A DNA stretch of 64,000 nucleotides from contig OZ024742.1 of the NCBI GenBank assembly GCA_964016885.1, positions 193,378,001 to 193,442,000 on the forward strand. Reading direction: 5' to 3'. Position numbers and translations under genes: made by a program. This document shows, piece by piece, positions 10,365 to 25,009 of this stretch. Below the pieces are notes generated by a model. The model searched no databases and was not told where the DNA came from. It saw nothing but the letters and a program-made list of their open reading frames with translations. The stretch comes from Eledone cirrhosa (lineage: Eukaryota). The stretch's first letter is position 1. The number at the start of each line of letters is the position of its first letter.

Positions 10365-12618
10365 AATAAAATAAAATAACAGGAGGCTGGACTGGTGTAA
10401 ATCCTTTAAAGGTTTATTATACTATGATCATTTCAATGACCGGGTTCAATATGAATCCGGTGATATCATCAGGTATTGGAATATAAGAAAGGAATATGTA
10501 AACAAAACCATGGGTCCGAAAAATCAGAGACAGAGACAAAGAGGACGACTGACCAACTAGCTCCTCGGCCAGCCGCTCTCAAAGTGTTGGCAACTGAATC
10601 TACTAATGAATATCTGGTGAGGGGGCGAAGGCTTATAATGCACTACCACCACTCCGTCAAAGAAGAAGGGGGAGAAAGAAAGAAAGGGAGAAAGAAGTGT
10701 AGTGTAAGGGTCATACTACATTCATGGTAGAAAATGCCGCGAAAAATGCTACCCAAAGCATCTATAATGGGTGTCTGTATGGTCTAATGTGTGAACCGAA
10801 GATTGGAACGTTAAACTTATGTTGCGAGTTATAGGATGAAATTAAATTAAATTAAAAATATTAAATTGCAAAATGATAAATTGAAAAATAAAGGTAGCGA
10901 GATTGAAGATTATATTAATAAAAGGAATTCCAAATTTGTCTGATTTACTCGTTTTATTTACAGTCCTTTAAAATTATAATGATATTATAATGAAATAGTA
11001 TGGTACAATATTAAATGTTAAGTGTTCATTGAACAAGTACTTTCATGTTTTCTCAATCTTCAGGTTGATATTCAGTGGTGACAGTCAAGTTTGCAATTTT
11101 CAACTGTAATGAGATGGGTAAATTCTGTGCCTTATATACAGTAAAAAGGGCCTACAGAATGCTAAGTTTTGCAAACTGTATTTTGACCAATCGGTGTGTA
11201 GTTTCACTAGATTACTAAAGCTGAATGGTTTAAACGTCATGGTTGGTTGAGCATGTCAAACGACTTCTATTTGGCCCTATCCAAAGCATCAATTGTTTTG
11301 CTATTTTTCGAAACGATGAAAATAGCATTTTCTTTGGTTTTTATAAAAATGTTCAGTATTCATCACCATCAACACCACTTTTATTATTATTATTATTATT
11401 GTTGTTGTTGTTAGTACTGGTAGTCGACATGTTCGTAGGCGTAGTCATAGTAGGAGTAATACCCCTAAGCATTATTATTGTTCATTTAGCTTGGGTTGGA
11501 ATTTATCAATAAAATTATTTAAAAATATTTAATTTTTCTCTTGATTTCATTTGGGCTGTGTAATTTGTAGAATGGGAATAATATAAATATTTTCTGACCA
11601 CATATTACTAGATGGTTACTCAGGGGTATCTGACGGATATTTGGGTCTCTAATTTGATTTCGTTGCACCCGTGCAAGTTCCGATAGAGCATTGACCGACA
11701 TATAGTTCTTCACAATTCGGGCATTTAATGCAGTAAATTAGATTCCTGCTTTTGCAGTTCATATTTGCATTTGGAAATATTTTTCCAGTTTTTGTGTTCA
11801 TATATTTACCAGTGTGTATGAATTGACATGTTCCACATCGACTATCATTGCATTTAGATACAGTGAATGATTGGTCTTTGTTGTTAAGGTCAAACTTTGC
11901 CTTTGTTAGTAATTGCTTCAACTTTTTCAGCTGTCTTTTATTAAGAGTCAAAGATCGGTCTGTGATTAAACCTTTTAATTCATTACTTTGAGCAATGATC
12001 GTTAGGTTTGCTTTGGTAGTGTTGAAGATATTCTGGTGAGATGGGTTGCGTGTCATTATAAATGGTATGACCAGTTCTTCGTTTCTTCTTCCTTGGGTTG
12101 TCCTAAGTTGTATAGGTATTTTTATAGCCCGCTGTATGCCATTTTCTGTAAGTAGAGATGGGTATTTTTGTTTGAGCAAACATTCTCTCAGTTCTGTTAG
12201 GCGTTTGTCCCTGGTATTCGTATCTTCTACAATGGTACAAATTCTTCTGGCTAGGCAGTATGGGATGTTACGTTTTGTATGAGGTGGATGGCACGACTTA
12301 AACTTCAGATATTGATGGGTGACTGTGACTTTATAGTATATATCCGTGGTAATTGTGGTATCGTTTTTGATTACCATTATATCTAGGAATGATAATTTGG
12401 TACTAATCATCTCTTTTATGAATTGGAGAGATGGGTGTATGTTATTCAGGAGGATATTAAACTCACCCAGAGTATCTAGAGATTCTGTTCAGATGATGAA
12501 ACAGTCGTCAAGGTATCTGTTCCAAGACTTTTTAGTGTACTTTTTAAATTCAGTGCTATATTTTTCCTCTATTTCTAGGTAGAATTGTTGTTCTAAGTAT
12601 CGTATTACAGAGTTCGAA
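10365..12618 (-). mobile_element. 5'-truncated Penelope-like element: RT C-terminus, Cys linker, GIY-YIG, long 3' region with HHR
   Basis: [11 protein letters not shown] at about 12525-12495. ORF 12410..11649 has SFLDI, TDIYYK..THQYL..SCHPPHTKRNIPY, CNDSRCGTC and NLIYCIKCPNCEELYVGQ. Both ends abut (TA)n. Confidence 0.92.
10419..10476 (-). ncRNA. Type I hammerhead ribozyme at the 3' end of the PLE
   Basis: atac-CTGATGA-tatc accggattca tat tgaacccggt catt-GAAA-tgatca-TA-gtat. Stem I atac/gtat; palindromic ATGATCAT. Confidence 0.8.
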
Positions 12619-12637
12619 TATATATATGTATGTATAC

Positions 12638-12710
<73 letters not shown>

Positions 12711-12716
12711 CGTATA

Positions 12717-12770
<54 letters not shown>

Positions 12771-12902
12771 TAGATAGATATATATGCATATATATATATG
12801 TATATATATTTATGTATATATATGTATATACCTATATATGTATATATATATATACATATATATATGTATATATATATATATACTTATAAATATATATATA
12901 TA

Positions 12903-14680
12903 TACTATAAATATAGAGTTATAAACTCAAACAGTCCTTTACAATTAAATAGCTCAAAGAAAGAAATATTTCTGAGCCGTGGAATACAAGTTAATATAAA
13001 TTAATATATATGATAAACACTAATACAATTATATATGTGTTTGTATTGTAAATGACCAAGTTAGCTAGATTGAAAAATATTAATTTTATTAATACAGTTT
13101 TCCTGTCTCGATTTAAAATAATAAATCAATAAAAACAAACCCATATTGGCAATAGCCGTGGTACTTGGACAAATTTAAATTTCAAAATCCAAACCTGTTC
13201 CGTAGATAAGTTTAAACTTCAAAATCCAAATAAGTTTCGATAATTGAAAAAGTGAAAAAATACCATCTTCAGTTCTCATCAGCAAGTACCCAGAAAATTG
13301 GTGTTTCACCTCAAAATATTTAAGAAGACTGATCGACGCACATGGTTTCTCAGTGTCTAGCTTCCGCATACTCGTGCTGCTAGAAATAACAGCCGTTTTT
13401 ATGGGACTAAAATTAGCTCAACAAAAAAGGAGCCGTAATACTATAAATATAGAGTTATAAACTCAAACAGTCCTTTACAATTAAATAGCTCAAAGAAAGA
13501 AATATTTCTGAGCCGTGAAATACAAGTTAATATAAATTAATATATATGATAAACACTAATACAATTATATAAGTGTTTGTATCGTAAATGACCAAGTTAG
13601 CTAGATTGAAAAATACTAATTGTATTAATACAGTTTGCCTGTCTCGATTTGAAATAATAAATCAATAAAAACAAACCCATATTGGCAATAGCCGTGGTAC
13701 TTGGACAAATTTAAATTTCAAAATCCAAACCTGTTCCGTAGATAAGTTTAAACTTCAAAATCCAAATAAGTTTCGATATTGAAAAAGTGAAAAAATACCA
13801 TCTTCAGTTCTCATCAGCAAGTACACAGCAAATTGGTATGTTTCACCTCCAAATATTTAAGAAGACTGATCGACACACATGGTTTCTCAGTGTCTATCTT
13901 CCGCGTACTCGTGCTGCTAGAAATAACAGCCGTTTTTATGGGACTAAAATTAGCTCAACAAAAAAGGAGCCGTAATACTATAAATATAGAGTTATAAACT
14001 CAAACAGTCCTTTACAATTAAATAGCTCAAAGAAAGAAATATTTCTGAGCCGTGAAATACAAGTTAATATAAATTAATATATATGATAAACACTAATACA
14101 ATTATATAAGTGTTTGTATTGTAAATGACCAAGTTAGCTAGATTGAAAAATACTAATTGTATTAATACAGTTTGCCTGTCTCGATTTAAAATAATAAATC
14201 AATAAAAACAAACCCATATTGGCAATAGCCGTGGTACTTGGACAAATTTAAATTTTAAAATCCAAACCTGTTCCGTAGATAAGTTTAAACTTCAAAATCC
14301 AAATAAGTTCCGATAATTGAAAAAGTGAAAAAATACCATCTTCGGTTCTCATAAGGAAGTACCCAGAAAATTGGGTACTTGCTGATGAGAACTGAAGACA
14401 GTATTTTTTCACTTTTTCAATTATCGGAACTTATTTGGATTTTGAAGTTTAAACTTATCTACGGAACAGGTTTGGATTTTGAAATTTAAATTTGTCCAAG
14501 TACCACGGCTATTGCCAATATGGGTTTGTTTTTATTGATTTATTATTTTAAATCGAGACAGGCAAACTGTATTAATACAATTAGTATTTTTCAATCTAAC
14601 TAACTTGGTCATTTACAATACAAAGACTTATATAATTGTATTAGTGTTTATCATATATATTAATTCATATTAACTTGTAT
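12903..14680 (-). mobile_element. Tandem array of an ~537-bp HHR-containing unit (2.7 copies) capped by an inverted ~305-bp copy; retrozyme-like
   Basis: Units start at 12903, 13439 and 13976. The third turns at about 14372 into an inverted copy (14373-14680). No ORF; both ends abut (TA)n. Confidence 0.9.
13160..13290 (-). ncRNA. Type I hammerhead ribozyme with expanded stem III (other copies ~13696-13825 -, 14233-14363 -, 14374-14504 +)
   Basis: ggtacttg-CTGATGA-g..(tgaaga/ttttca)..c-GAAA-c..~60 nt..g-TC-caagtacc. Perfect 8-bp stem I and a GUC cleavage triplet. Confidence 0.75.
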
Positions 14681-14797
14681 ATATGTATATATATATAGAC
14701 ACACACCCATATATATATATGTACATATATATAAATACATATATATACATATATATATATATATATACATAGATATATATGTGTGTGTGCGTGTCTC

Positions 14798-14881
<84 letters not shown>

Positions 14882-14909
14882 TGTGTTTATATATATATAT
14901 ATATATATA

Positions 14910-15153
14910 TTAGAAAGTGAGGTTTTTTTTACAAAATGAAAAATAACAAGTGAAAGTATAAAGAAAAAACGTTGAAATCGAAAATGCAACTGGAGTCTTA
15001 TTTTTTTAAATATATATATTTATTTGGTTCCTTTACTGGTTTCGCAGTTCTCTTGAAAAACAGAAGAACTGCGAAACCGGTAAAGGAACCAAATAAATAT
15101 ATATATTTTAAAAAAAAAAGATTCCAGTTGCATTTTCGATTTCATCTTTTTTT

Positions 15154-15160
<7 letters not shown>
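14910..15160. mobile_element. Fold-back element (arms 14957-15051 / 15064-15160 plus left tail) retaining the 3' half of an HHR
   Basis: About 95-bp inverted repeat between (TA)n tracts. Arm has gc-GAAA-ccgg-TA-aagg with palindromic ACCGGT; the CTGANGA half is lost at the turn. Confidence 0.75.
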
Positions 15161-15198
<38 letters not shown>

Positions 15199-15276
15199 TA
15201 TAAACACACACATATATATACGTACACACACGCACGCACACACACACACTCACACACACACACACACACATACACA

Positions 15277-15381
<105 letters not shown>

Positions 15382-15406
15382 ACGCATATATATATATATA
15401 TTTATA

Positions 15407-16778
15407 TATAAACAAATCGTAAAAATGGAAACCTTCAGTAGAAAATGCTGGAGAAATTTTTTCAGTATAATATCGAAACATTTATTTATAAAGTGAGTAT
15501 TTCCGCATTTAATAGTGGTAACGGTTTCAGCATTATATGCTCTTCCAATGGCGGATTTGCAAAGTGCAGTTAAATCGCATATTGCCAATCTAATGAACAA
15601 CCTAATTTCAGAATTTTCCCCTCTACAAATTTAAAGACAATGCTTCCTACATCCAGCGCATTAGAAAGGAATCACACTTTATCACCAAATACGAACTCCT
15701 TCTAAATTCATCCACGTTGGATTACACTACAGCTGGCACACTCTACAATTACCACCCTGGACAAATTAACCCTTTGGCAATGTATCCTTCAAGATTCCAG
15801 CAACTTTTGACAACTATATAATGTAGATGAAGCAACCACATAGAAACACACAAATTAGCTAATTCTTCAGCACTTTCACGAAGATAATCGAATAAATAGG
15901 TGCATTAAGGTGTCAAACTAAATGCTTCACACTATGTACGGCCCAGTACGTTTTAAGTTCGAATCCTTCTTTTTCAGCCTTCATGGGTCTATAATATTGT
16001 TGGTAGTTTCACGCAATAGAATCGATGAAATCCCCATTCTTCATTTCCCTGAGCCTGGGAGTTTGTGCTGAAGATATAATTAGTACTTCAGTAATTCTGA
16101 ATCTTTTTCGTGGCAAAATGATGAAGTCTACGTTGACTATTTCTGAGATAAAACAATTTAAGAATGCCAGCATTTCAGACAGGAATACCAAGATAGGTAA
16201 TTTTAGAAACAATTACTTCCCCGGTCGACTCTAAGGTCATTCAACCATTCAATCCAATCATACGTCTAACTTGCCTTTGTAGCCATTATTGTAAGTTATT
16301 ATCACGACAACAGATTGCTACCACACCTATCCTCTGTCCTCTTCTTCTCCCCCTCACCCATTTTCCCTCCCCTCCTCCTTCCCCCTTTCCTTTTCCCATT
16401 TCCCCCCCCACTACTATCTGTCGAAGCTAGCAGTCAGAACCAAACATTTAAAACTAATACCACCTCTGTTACCCAACTAACAGAGAATGAAGGATAACCT
16501 CGGACAGAAACATGAACTTTCCTCACTAAATGTGTATGTAAAAACTAATAATTGTTCGTCCCCTTTTTATTATTATTCGTATAAATATGCAACTTAACTG
16601 CACTTTGCAAATCCACCGTTGAAAAAGCATATAATGTTGAAACCGGTACCACTATTAAATACGGAAATACCCACTTTATATATAAATGTTTTGATGTTAT
16701 ACTGAAAAAATCCCCCCAGAAGTTTCTACTGAATTTTTTCCATTTTACTATTTGTTTATAGTGTCACTTTTCTACAAT

Positions 16779-16780
<2 letters not shown>
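15407..16780 (+). mobile_element. Penelope-like element 3' fragment with an inverted terminal copy (15407-15582 / 16584-16760)
   Basis: 15613-15708 translates IFPLYKFKDNASYIQRIRKESHFITKYELLLN, matching the EN C-terminus of ORF 61520..61113. Arms hold a decayed HHR (agcat ata atgtt-GAAA-ccgg-TA). Confidence 0.8.
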
Positions 16781-16826
<46 letters not shown>

Positions 16827-19077
16827 AGTCCACTGCTATGATATCTACAGTGAATTTTGTAACACAGTCCGTTCCCTCGTCTTGTCTGAATGAAACACAT
16901 TTCTCGCACAGAAATAGGTTGAGAGAGCAAGAGATGGAATGTATGAAAGAAATAATGAGAAAGAATCGATTTAGTACTAGACTGTTATATTTCTCGTTTG
17001 AAATTAGAAGAATGAAAACCCGAATTGATCTCGGTAGGATTTTAACTCAACGTTCTAATGCCACTTAGACCTGAACACACTGTATACATGACTCTACAAT
17101 GTTAATCACTCCATCTTTTCTCGCAACTGTATAGTATTTTTTCTAGTATTTTGTTAATAATAAAATACCTAGAAAACTCTTGCTGTATGCAGATAGTATG
17201 CCCAAATGTTTAGGATGTTTGCCTAGCAATCATAAGGGTGTTTCAGGCAACTGGTGTTTCGGGAAAATGTCATTTAACATAGCCGAGGATCGACACATGC
17301 CTTGTCAGTGAAATTGGTTTATTGGAACCTGTTTGGGAGCCCTGCCATACACTGTCACATTGAATACAACTGGGAATCATGTTAAGAACAAACATGCGTG
17401 TAGAATGTTCAGCTATTCACATATAAACTTCACGAGCAGGCTGTTCAGTTCATCTCACAATTTGACCGATCCTCATCGAAACCTACAGAGGATCATTTTC
17501 CCCTTCTCAAAAATAAACAGTCACAATTTTATTTCACTACAGACCATGCCGTCGTATTCGTACATGACAATGCGTTAAAAAGTTAACATTGTTTTTTTAT
17601 TTACTTGAACAGTTAGCAATACCATTTAAAACAGAAATATGACCAAACGGGGTTTTATTTCTGACGTTGATGCACTTTGACAATTACATCCACACACTTT
17701 ATACACACGAGCACGCACGCACGCCCCCCCCCCCCCCCACGCCCCCCCCCAAACATATATATATGTATATCTTGGATGGGCGTTGATGAATCTCTGCATT
17801 CCTCCGCCATTTGTCAAGTTTTGTTTTTCATCTTGCCGGGTGTCCAAAATCACCCTCCTCACCACGCAAGCTTTGTGGAGATGCCGGTTTAGTCTCCAAA
17901 GACCCGATTATGAGGCAGGTTGTACTGAGTTACATGTTATCAGTAGCATTGGAGAGAGACCTGACCTGACTATACTGTTTTATGAAATGGTAAGGGAAAC
18001 CTAGTTAGGTTCATGGAGCGGAAAAAGTCTTTGTCATTAGCGATTTTAAAGCACGCATTGAGAAGGATTGCTAGACATATGGTACTCTTGGTTTGTTTGG
18101 CGCGGGATCAATGAGCAGAAATGGTTTGCAACTATTCCAATTATGTACTGAAGTAGAACATGCCATTATCAATACATTCTTCCGTTATATGTTGATACAT
18201 AAATGTGTATAGATTCACCCCAGACCAGAAAAGGAACATTTCATAGATAATCTTAATTTTCAAAGCCGTGATGTTCAATATATAAGAAACACTAGGATTT
18301 GCAGACGTGCCGGCTGTGATGCTGATCACTATCTTACATTAGATCTTATGATCTAATCTGAAGTCGAATATCATATAAATATAATGTCTCGCAAAACTTA
18401 CAAGTGGTCGCACCAAATCGCATTAATCTTTGCATTGACGGATACCTCAATGTGTGATGAAATTGAGAATACTATATTTTTACTGGAGTTTGAAGGAACA
18501 TAAACATATTTCAAAAACAATCTATACTGTGTATCTCCAGAAAGGTTAGTTGATGTTACACTCAACAGAAGGGATTGTATAAAAAAAAACAATGACTTCG
18601 AATTAGCGTAAGGGGTCGAATTTTGAAAGCTGGAAAGTAATCTGAGACTCAAAGCTGTTCGATAATTTCTTTTTTCACGGTACTAATAAGGAAATCCAAA
18701 GAGAAATAAGGAGAATGAAGGATGATTGGTAAAGAATTTAGTCATCAGAATTACATGAGACAGCAAATAGAAAGAGTGAAAAGCTTAGGCACAGTTTGAC
18801 TGGAGAGGCGATTGGTCCTCATGTGTTCAGTATCGCTCCTCCTCTGAGGTTTAAAGATAGTAACATTCTTATTCGGGATTCTGCTGGGATACCAAAAAAT
18901 ACGAAACAGAGCTGTCAGCTTTATCTCCTCCGTTTGCTGAAAATTTAAAGTAAGTGAGACTGTCACTACTCTAAAACAATAGCGTAAGGTCTTCGAAATG
19001 CTTTTAATTAAGCATACAGTGTATTACAAATTCCACTATATATACATTCACACACACATATATAATATATATATATG

Positions 19078-20139
<1,062 letters not shown>

Positions 20140-20149
20140 TTACGTCTAC

Positions 20150-20348
20150 AATATACAACGTAAACATTTATTCTACATAAAAAAAAAAATAATTTTGTAG
20201 TTTTGTATTTCAACGGTTTCGCTTAAAATAGCTTTTCAACAGTTGAAATCACGAAAAGAAATTTTGAAAAGCTGTTTAAGTGAAACTGGTGAAATACGAA
20301 AGTATAAAAACTAGTCGCTTTGATCTAGAAAATGTATTGTATGTCGTT
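20150..20348. mobile_element. Old degenerate fold-back element with decayed HHR
   Basis: gtatttcaacggtttcgcttaaaatagcttttcaa / ttgaaaagctgtttaagtgaaactggtgaaatac inverted pair. Confidence 0.55.
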
Positions 20349-20366
20349 AATATATATATGTAAATA

Positions 20367-21505
20367 AATCACAGGAAAGCGAGTGGAGTCCGAAAGAGTC
20401 TGCGGTGGAACCGCAGCGACATTGGTGTGGCTGGCAGATCCGGAGGCCGAGCCTCAGGGAAACTCCGATTCGCAGGCTGTGGTTTTCTGGCTGCGTGCCA
20501 GTGGAGAAGGAGGGCAGGGCATGGAGCCAGGCACCACTGTGGGGTCTGGAGGCCACACGGAAACAAGCAAAGCGGTGCTGATTGAGCTTGCGTGTGAGCC
20601 TGTCTGAGGCCAGGCTGCACTGGATGGCATCCCAAGTGCGTTGGATGGACTTGACGTCAACAGGGGGAAAATGAGGAGGGACTTCTACAGGGCTAAGTCC
20701 CAGCCGGTCCCACGTCTCACAGGCGGCCTCACGTTCTCTGAACACAGAGGGTTCTGTTGTGTTTTGAAGAACCCTGCTGACGAGGACGCGGCACGAGGTT
20801 ACTGACGAAAGATACGCCACCAAAGCTAGTGAGATCGGGGACCGCAGGCCATGGCCACGATACCTGACAGGTAAAGTGGCCTGTTGCCACCCTATGTCGT
20901 CACATTTGACGTTGCATATCCCCTCGGCTGCTGCTCGGATACAAGTATCGAAATCAGTGAGGAGAAATGTCTGGGTGTAGCATGGAGCGCTGGGAGTGTA
21001 TAGAAGAGCTTCGGCAGTGCGACGCAGTTCCTCAGCAGAAAGAGAGCTGGGTGGCCGTCAATCAAGCCCAGTCGGCTGTGAGAGTCTGGAGCTTTTGAAG
21101 CCTGGACCTGATGGTGGAGCGGGTGGCCGGTTGGGGGATCGGTGACCCGAGGATGAGGACATCCTCTTGGGGGGTTACCTGAACCTGGCGGACAATGGAC
21201 CGCACGTCCAAGACGGAGGCTGCAAAGCTCGCAGCATCGATGCTGACGTTCACCACCTCCGACTTGGCCGAGTTGATCTGGAGGCCGATTCCCGCCAGGG
21301 CAAGAACCACCGATTGAAGGTCATAGCAGACCGTCCGTACGGGCCCTCCCAACGTAGCATCATCCAGATACCAAACGTTGAGAGAGGCCGTGATACTCCG
21401 GGAGATGTGGTCAATACCAAGGGCGAACAGGAGGGGTCCCAAAGGGTCGCCCTGTTAGACCCCAGTAGCCGAGGTTATGACCGTATCAGCAGCTTCGTTA
21501 CACAT
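20367..21505 (-). mobile_element. CRE-clade-like non-LTR retrotransposon fragment (RT core and C-terminal region)
   Basis: (Q)GDPLGPLLFALGI and WYLDDATLGG in ORF 21442..21062; SGAWLHALP..LRIGVSLRLGL..CRCG..HSLSC in ORF 20823..20347. GC-rich relative to flanks. Confidence 0.8.
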
Positions 21506-22012
21506 CTGTAACATCATCAGTGGTACTATTATGTTCCCTCCTATTGTACTGTATTGTATTGTAATATCTACACCATTTTATTTTAGTTAACTATTTATTT
21601 ATTTTTGTCTCCGTCTCTGCGCATGCGTTTGCGTGTATGTATAATGTTTGGTGAGTGTGTTCGCGTTTGAGTGTATGTGTGTTGGTTTTTGTATTCTCTC
21701 TTTGTTTACTAGTGTGTGTTTATATGTGTTTGTTGTTATTGTACTTGTGTATATATTTATTTATTTATTTATATTTCCCTTAAGTCAGTATTGTTTGTTT
21801 GGATATGGTTGTTGTTGTAATACTGACTTAAAGGAAATATAAATAAATGCATAAATATCTAAATTTTCTTATGAAGAAAGAGTGTTTTCTTTTAGCAAAT
21901 CTGCTTGAACACTATGGCACTGAGCGTTGAAACTTCTGATTAAGTATATACCCCCAAATAGCAACATTGTTATTATTATTAAATTTATATATATTTATAT
22001 ATATATATATAT

Positions 22013-23060
22013 AATAAATAAATACAATATCGGAGAAAGCTTTTTAGCGATACTCCGGCCAAATTCCAACTCACTCAACAAACATTAGGAAATAAGTGAT
22101 TATATTCCCAATTAAGTGTTCGGGGTGCTAACTAAAAGTATTGCGTGGAAAATTGGCTGTATTATTTCATATGAGACATATGTAATACATCTCTTCCCAG
22201 ACGGACGTCTCGTTTCATTACAGGATTCCTACCATTTGGGTGAAATTATACCAATTTATGTAGGAACTTGTATACCATCAATAGATATATATTCAAGTGA
22301 GCTCCTATAATTCATCAGTGGGTGCCCCAATAATACTAATATTGATAATCTAACCAACATCAGCATTTAGCGATAATCATCATCCTCCGTGCCTGAGGTA
22401 TCTGTCAGGTTGCCAGTCCAGCAGTTTTAAAGAAGTGTTCAAACTGATTCAAAAAATGAGGAAGTAAATTACCGCCAAAAAAACAATATATGCGCATGAC
22501 AATGAATTCTGAAAGGAATTCAGGCCACGTGCTAAGAACTCAATTGGAAATTGAAAAAAATATCTATGTGTGTACAACATTTGATGACACACACAGATAT
22601 TTTCTCGGGCAAAATAACAGAATGAGATATAAGGAACAATCAATATTCATATATAAAAAATAAACAAAGAAATGCTGACCTCATACCGGGAATTTTTTCG
22701 AATCTGTTGCTCCAAGAGTAAATAAATAAATACAATATCGGAGAAAGCTTTTAGCGATACTCCGGCCAAATTCCAACTCACTCAACAAACATTATGAATT
22801 AAGTGATTATATTCCCAATTAAGTGTTCGGGGTGCTAACTAAAAGTATTGCGTGGAAAATTGGCTGTATTATTTCATATGAGACATATCGAATATATCTC
22901 TTCCCAGACGGACGCCTCGTTTCATTATAGGATTCCTACAATTTGGGTGAAATTATACCAATTTATGTAGGAGCTTGTATACCATCAATAGATATATATT
23001 CAAGTGGGCTCCTATAATTCATCAGTGGGTGCCGCAATATATAATTCATCAGTGGGTGCC

Positions 23061-23066
<6 letters not shown>
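22013..23066 (-). mobile_element. Tandem ~707-bp HHR-containing unit (about 1.45 copies), retrozyme/pLTR-like
   Basis: 22015-22332 is repeated at about 22722-23038, with an extra 27-bp terminal duplication at 23040-23066. Flanked by (TA)n. Related tail fragment at 24520-24685. Confidence 0.85.
22196..22322 (-). ncRNA. Type I hammerhead ribozyme with an ~95-nt stem II domain (second copy 22903-23029)
   Basis: ccca-CTGATGA-attatagga..tcctgtaat-GAAA-cg agacgtc cg-TC-tggg. 9-bp stem II base (a G-U pair becomes A-U in copy 2); GUC site. Confidence 0.8.
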
Positions 23067-23114
<48 letters not shown>

Positions 23115-23117
<3 letters not shown>

Positions 23118-23304
23118 CGAGGGAATTGTGGTAAGGAACCAGGTGGTCCATAACGCAACAGAATACTCAATACTTAGGGTAGTAGAGTGGGTGATAGGAA
23201 AAGGTATGACCCCGACGGCAGAGCTCAAGCCGTTTCGACGGTTATTTCAGTCCTGAAATAGCCGTCGAAACGGCTGGAGCTCTGCCGTCGTGGTCATACC
23301 TTTT

Positions 23305-23309
<5 letters not shown>
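23115..23309. mobile_element. Fold-back element, family 4 (arms 23194-23250 / 23253-23309 plus left tail), 3' half of an HHR
   Basis: 57-bp arms, 2-nt loop, between (TA)n tracts. c-GAAA-cggc tggagctct gccg-TC, with GAGCTC palindrome in the loop. Confidence 0.82.
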
Positions 23310-23361
<52 letters not shown>

Positions 23362-23366
<5 letters not shown>

Positions 23367-23731
23367 GGAGGTGTTTTTGATTGTATCACAATAAAGCAAT
23401 GCAAATATCGGATAAGTAGCACTCAAAAATTTATAGGACTGCAGTACAAATAATATAAGATCAAAAGATGGTTAAAAGAGTTCCAAGTATTTTATTATGC
23501 GCATTTCAAAAACAAATATCATCATGGGATGATATTTGCGTTCTCATCAGATACAATAGGGAGACATGATATGAAGCTTAAAAAACACTTGCGAGCATTG
23601 AAGTGTTTTTTAAGCTTCATATCATGTCTCCCTATTGTATCTGATGAGAACGCAAATATCATCCTATGATGATATTTGTTTTTGAAATGCGCATAATAAA
23701 ATACTTGGAACTCTTTTAACCATCTTTTGAT

Positions 23732-23738
<7 letters not shown>
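23362..23738. mobile_element. Fold-back HHR element, family 5 (arms 23453-23590 / 23601-23738 plus left tail); tail-only copy at 58972-59050
   Basis: 138-bp near-perfect inverted repeat with a 10-nt loop; (TA)n on both sides. Confidence 0.88.
23636..23700 (+). ncRNA. Type I hammerhead ribozyme, family 5 (mirror about 23491-23555 on - strand)
   Basis: tgtat-CTGATGA-gaacgcaaatatcatc ctat gatgatatttgttttt-GAAA-tgcgca-TA-ataaa. Long stem II; palindromic ATGCGCAT. Confidence 0.82.
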
Positions 23739-23768
<30 letters not shown>

Positions 23769-23852
23769 GTATATATATATATGTGTTTGTGAGTGTGTGT
23801 GTGTATTTATATATATATATATATGTATGTATACATATATATGTGAATATAA

Positions 23853-23942
<90 letters not shown>

Positions 23943-24332
23943 ACACATATATATGTGAATATATATACATATATTCTACAGACACATATATACACACAGA
24001 CAATGTTGCGTGCCACCCGTCTTATATAAATATTTGAATATATGCATTTGATATTGATAGCCAGCGTACGAACACTGGTAAAGATAAAAAAGAATGTGAA
24101 AATTAATGATGTGGGGTAAATAGCCAACGGCAGATATGTGATGTTTTTTCTCGCAGGCGATTCTGTCCATGTGTTTAATCGCCAGGGTTTATTTTGCAAA
24201 TATTCAATGCTTAATAATTTGAGTAGCCTTACAACAACAAATACACATTGAAATTTAATTATTACCTGACTCTTCCTAATGAATGTTTACATACATATAT
24301 ACATACATTTTCTCATACACATAATATTTACA

Positions 24333-24374
<42 letters not shown>

Positions 24375-24695
24375 CTGAGTCTATCGAACATTAATAATAT
24401 TATTGGATTCGTTTGCAATTATGCAAACAGCCTCTTTATGATATGTCAGTAGAATGACTGCGTCATTCCTGCTCTTGTTAGTTATTAATATATATATATA
24501 TATATATAAATATATAAATATTAATACAATAACAGAGATAGTTTAAAGCTAATCTCTGACTGGTAACCATCTCACTCAACAAACATTAGGTTATATTTTA
24601 ATATAAACCAAATTTAAGTGTTTGGGGTGTTAACAATATGTATTATATGGAAAAGCCAGTTGTATTATTTTATGAGATATAATTAAAGTATATAT

Positions 24696-24766
<71 letters not shown>

Positions 24767-24955
24767 CGTTATTCCGGGTTGAATCGGAGGTAACCACAGT
24801 AAGTAAGGTACACAATACATAGCAGAGTATAACAGTTTTAATATAGATGAGATTCTACAAGACTAGAACTGTTTCATTCATTAGAAATCATCAGGAATCA
24901 CACGATTCCTGATGATTTCTAATGAATGAAACAGTTCTAGTCCTGTAGAATCTCA

Positions 24956-24959
<4 letters not shown>
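24767..24959. mobile_element. Fold-back HHR element, family 2 (arms 24844-24899 / 24904-24959 plus left tail)
   Basis: 56-bp arms with a 4-nt loop (acac); bounded by (TA)n and (CT)n(TA)n. Confidence 0.88.
24904..24952 (+). ncRNA. Minimal type I hammerhead ribozyme, family 2 (mirror 24851-24899 on - strand)
   Basis: gattc-CTGATGA-tttctaatgaat-GAAA-cag ttctagtc ctg-TA-gaatc. Perfect stem I, cag/ctg stem III, GUA site. Confidence 0.85.

Positions 24960-25009
<50 letters not shown>

Noticed and set aside
18402-18482. Possible 81-nt minus-strand exon (ctccag|..|gtaagt) encoding KNIVFSISSHIEVSVNAKINAIWCDH
   Set aside because: Good splice signals but no recognisable protein similarity or partner exons; cannot be supported without RNA-seq.
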